DNA of 64,000 nucleotides from an uncultured Solirubrobacterales bacterium (lineage in GTDB: Bacteria > Actinomycetota > Thermoleophilia > Solirubrobacterales > Solirubrobacteraceae). Location: NCBI GenBank assembly GCA_963831945.1, contig CAWHSC010000003.1, positions 1,694,519 to 1,758,518 on the forward strand, given 5' to 3'. The notes under the pieces are model-generated. The model ran no database searches and was not told the DNA's origin. It saw only the letters and a program-made list of their open reading frames with translations. The position numbers and the translations under genes were made by a program. Below, piece by piece: positions 62,637-64,000 of the stretch (its first letter is position 1; the number at the start of each line of letters is the position of its first letter).

Positions 62637-64000
62637 CGATGCCAGTGGCAACCCGCCTGACTGCCGTCGACGCCGTGCTTGATACGGACCAATCGCCCAT
62701 CCAGCATGTGGTGAGGGGGACCATTGCGCATGTCCCGAGTTGGGTCTGGGCACTGGCCTTCTACACGGCGATGGCGATGCTTACGATCGCCCGGCACGTA
62801 ATCGCTCATCCGCTCACCGTCAGCGCGTCGGTGGGTAGCGGAGATCCCTCTTTGTTCATGTGGGGGTTGGCTTGGTGGCCTCATGCGATCACCCACGGGG
62901 TGAACCCGTTCGTCAGCCCCTACCTATGGAGTCCGGCCGGGGTCGATACCGCTCAGGCGACGCTGCTGCCGACCGCTGCCGTCGTTCTGGCTCCGTTCAC
63001 CGCGCTGTTTGGGCCGATCTTCTCTTACAACATCCTCGCGGTCGCCAGCCCGGTGCTGTCTGCGCTGACGGCGTATCTGCTCTGCCGGTACGTGGTTCGG
63101 CGGGAGCTGCCGGCTGTGGCAGGGGGCTACCTGTTCGGGTTCAGCTCCTACGAGTTCGCGCAGCTGACCGGTCATTTGAACCTGACGTTGATCTTTCTGA
63201 TCCCGGTGATGGTGTACGTCGCCCTGCGGCGCGTGGACCGGGAGATATCGCGCCGTGCGTATGTGATCGCGATGGCGCTGCTCTGCATCCTCCAGGCCGG
63301 CCTCTCGACAGAACTGCTCGCGGAGTGCGTCGGGTTCGGTGCGGTGCTGCTCGCCTCTGCGCGCTTCCTCGCGCCGCAACCACAGCGCGCGCGAGTCACC
63401 GGTCTGATCGCGGAGACCGCTGGCGCTGGTGTGCTGGCACTGCTGGTCGCGTCTCCGTTCTTCTACTACGCTCTGTTCGGCGGCAGCTTTCCGAGCGGCA
63501 GCCCGCTCTACTGGGATGTATATGCGCTCGATCTGCTCAATCCGTTGTTCCCAACCTATGCGACCTGGCTGGGACACAATGACTTCCAGTCGCTGAGCGT
63601 CACCTACTCGGGTGGTGGCGTCACCGGGCAGGACGGCTATCTGAGCATCCCGCTCGTCATCGTCTTCCTGCTATGGGCGTTGAGGAGCGAGCGCGGGCGG
63701 GCGCTTGCACGCCTGCTGCTGATCGCTGCTGGAGTGACCTTTGTGGTGGCGCTGGGCGCGCACCTGCACATCGCTGGTTACCAGACGGTCACCCTGCCGC
63801 TCGACTGGACGAAGACGCTACCGCTATTCAACGACATCATTCCTTCCCGCATCGCACTGTTCACCACGTTGGCGATCTCCGTCGGTGTGGCCGCATGGTT
63901 GGCGATGCCTGTTGGGCGTGTGCTCGGCCGCTGGCTGGTGGTGCTGCTGGTTGCTGTGATGATCTTCCCCAATGTCACGGCCTCGCTGTACGGAATGTCT
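62633..64000 (+). CDS. Tandem paralogue of the preceding membrane GT-C (runs off the window)
   Basis: ATGA overlap; translates as MTMPVATR...GDPSLFMWGLAWWPHAITHGVNPF...; strong DNA similarity to 60990-62240. Confidence 0.85.
   Translation, partial: MTMPVATRLTAVDAVLDTDQSPIQHVVRGTIAHVPSWVWALAFYTAMAMLTIARHVIAHPLTVSASVGSGDPSLFMWGLAWWPHAITHGVNPFVSPYLWSPAGVDTAQATLLPTAAVVLAPFTALFGPIFSYNILAVASPVLSALTAYLLCRYVVRRELPAVAGGYLFGFSSYEFAQLTGHLNLTLIFLIPVMVYVALRRVDREISRRAYVIAMALLCILQAGLSTELLAECVGFGAVLLASARFLAPQPQRARVTGLIAETAGAGVLALLVASPFFYYALFGGSFPSGSPLYWDVYALDLLNPLFPTYATWLGHNDFQSLSVTYSGGGVTGQDGYLSIPLVIVFLLWALRSERGRALARLLLIAAGVTFVVALGAHLHIAGYQTVTLPLDWTKTLPLFNDIIPSRIALFTTLAISVGVAAWLAMPVGRVLGRWLVVLLVAVMIFPNVTASLYGMS

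Overview
Very GC-rich actinobacterial DNA. The gene content and protein style suggest Thermoleophilia/Solirubrobacterales, but that is an inference. Many clearly functional genes (holB, nrdJ, rmlC, transketolase, RHS) are broken by single-base frameshifts, most simply explained as long-read indel errors. Layout: (1) 1-9.9 kb is the end of a tRNA-Thr(CGU)-anchored integrative island. It carries a tyrosine integrase, an AbiEi/AbiEii type IV TA pair, a hairpin-rich origin-like region, an HTH protein, a truncated Replic_Relax relaxase, an excisionase, an IS256 with a 9-bp TSD that splits a lipoprotein gene, and a GIY-YIG-like gene. (2) 10-15.9 kb is a large Sec-signal RHS/YD protein with an unusual internal insert and no immunity gene. 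(3) 15.9-30 kb is housekeeping (recQ, P450, NERD, holB, tmk, nrdJ, ctaG, deacetylase, HU, ctaA) with several repeat families, one of which sits in frame inside ctaA. (4) 30-64 kb is a large surface-glycan locus: gmhA/gmhB/nucleotidyltransferase/rmlC, split transketolase, GT2/GT4/GT-C, methyltransferases, a sulfotransferase, a GNAT and a DegT aminotransferase. The most interesting signal is at 52-61 kb. There, TA/defence-like cassettes (an unnamed ART-like toxin pair, VapBC, an AAA ATPase, and an Xre/MbcA-like gene with an unknown convergent partner) each sit at an overlapping stop/start junction of the glycan operon. The junction sequence is duplicated on both sides of each cassette, so the flanking genes stay intact.
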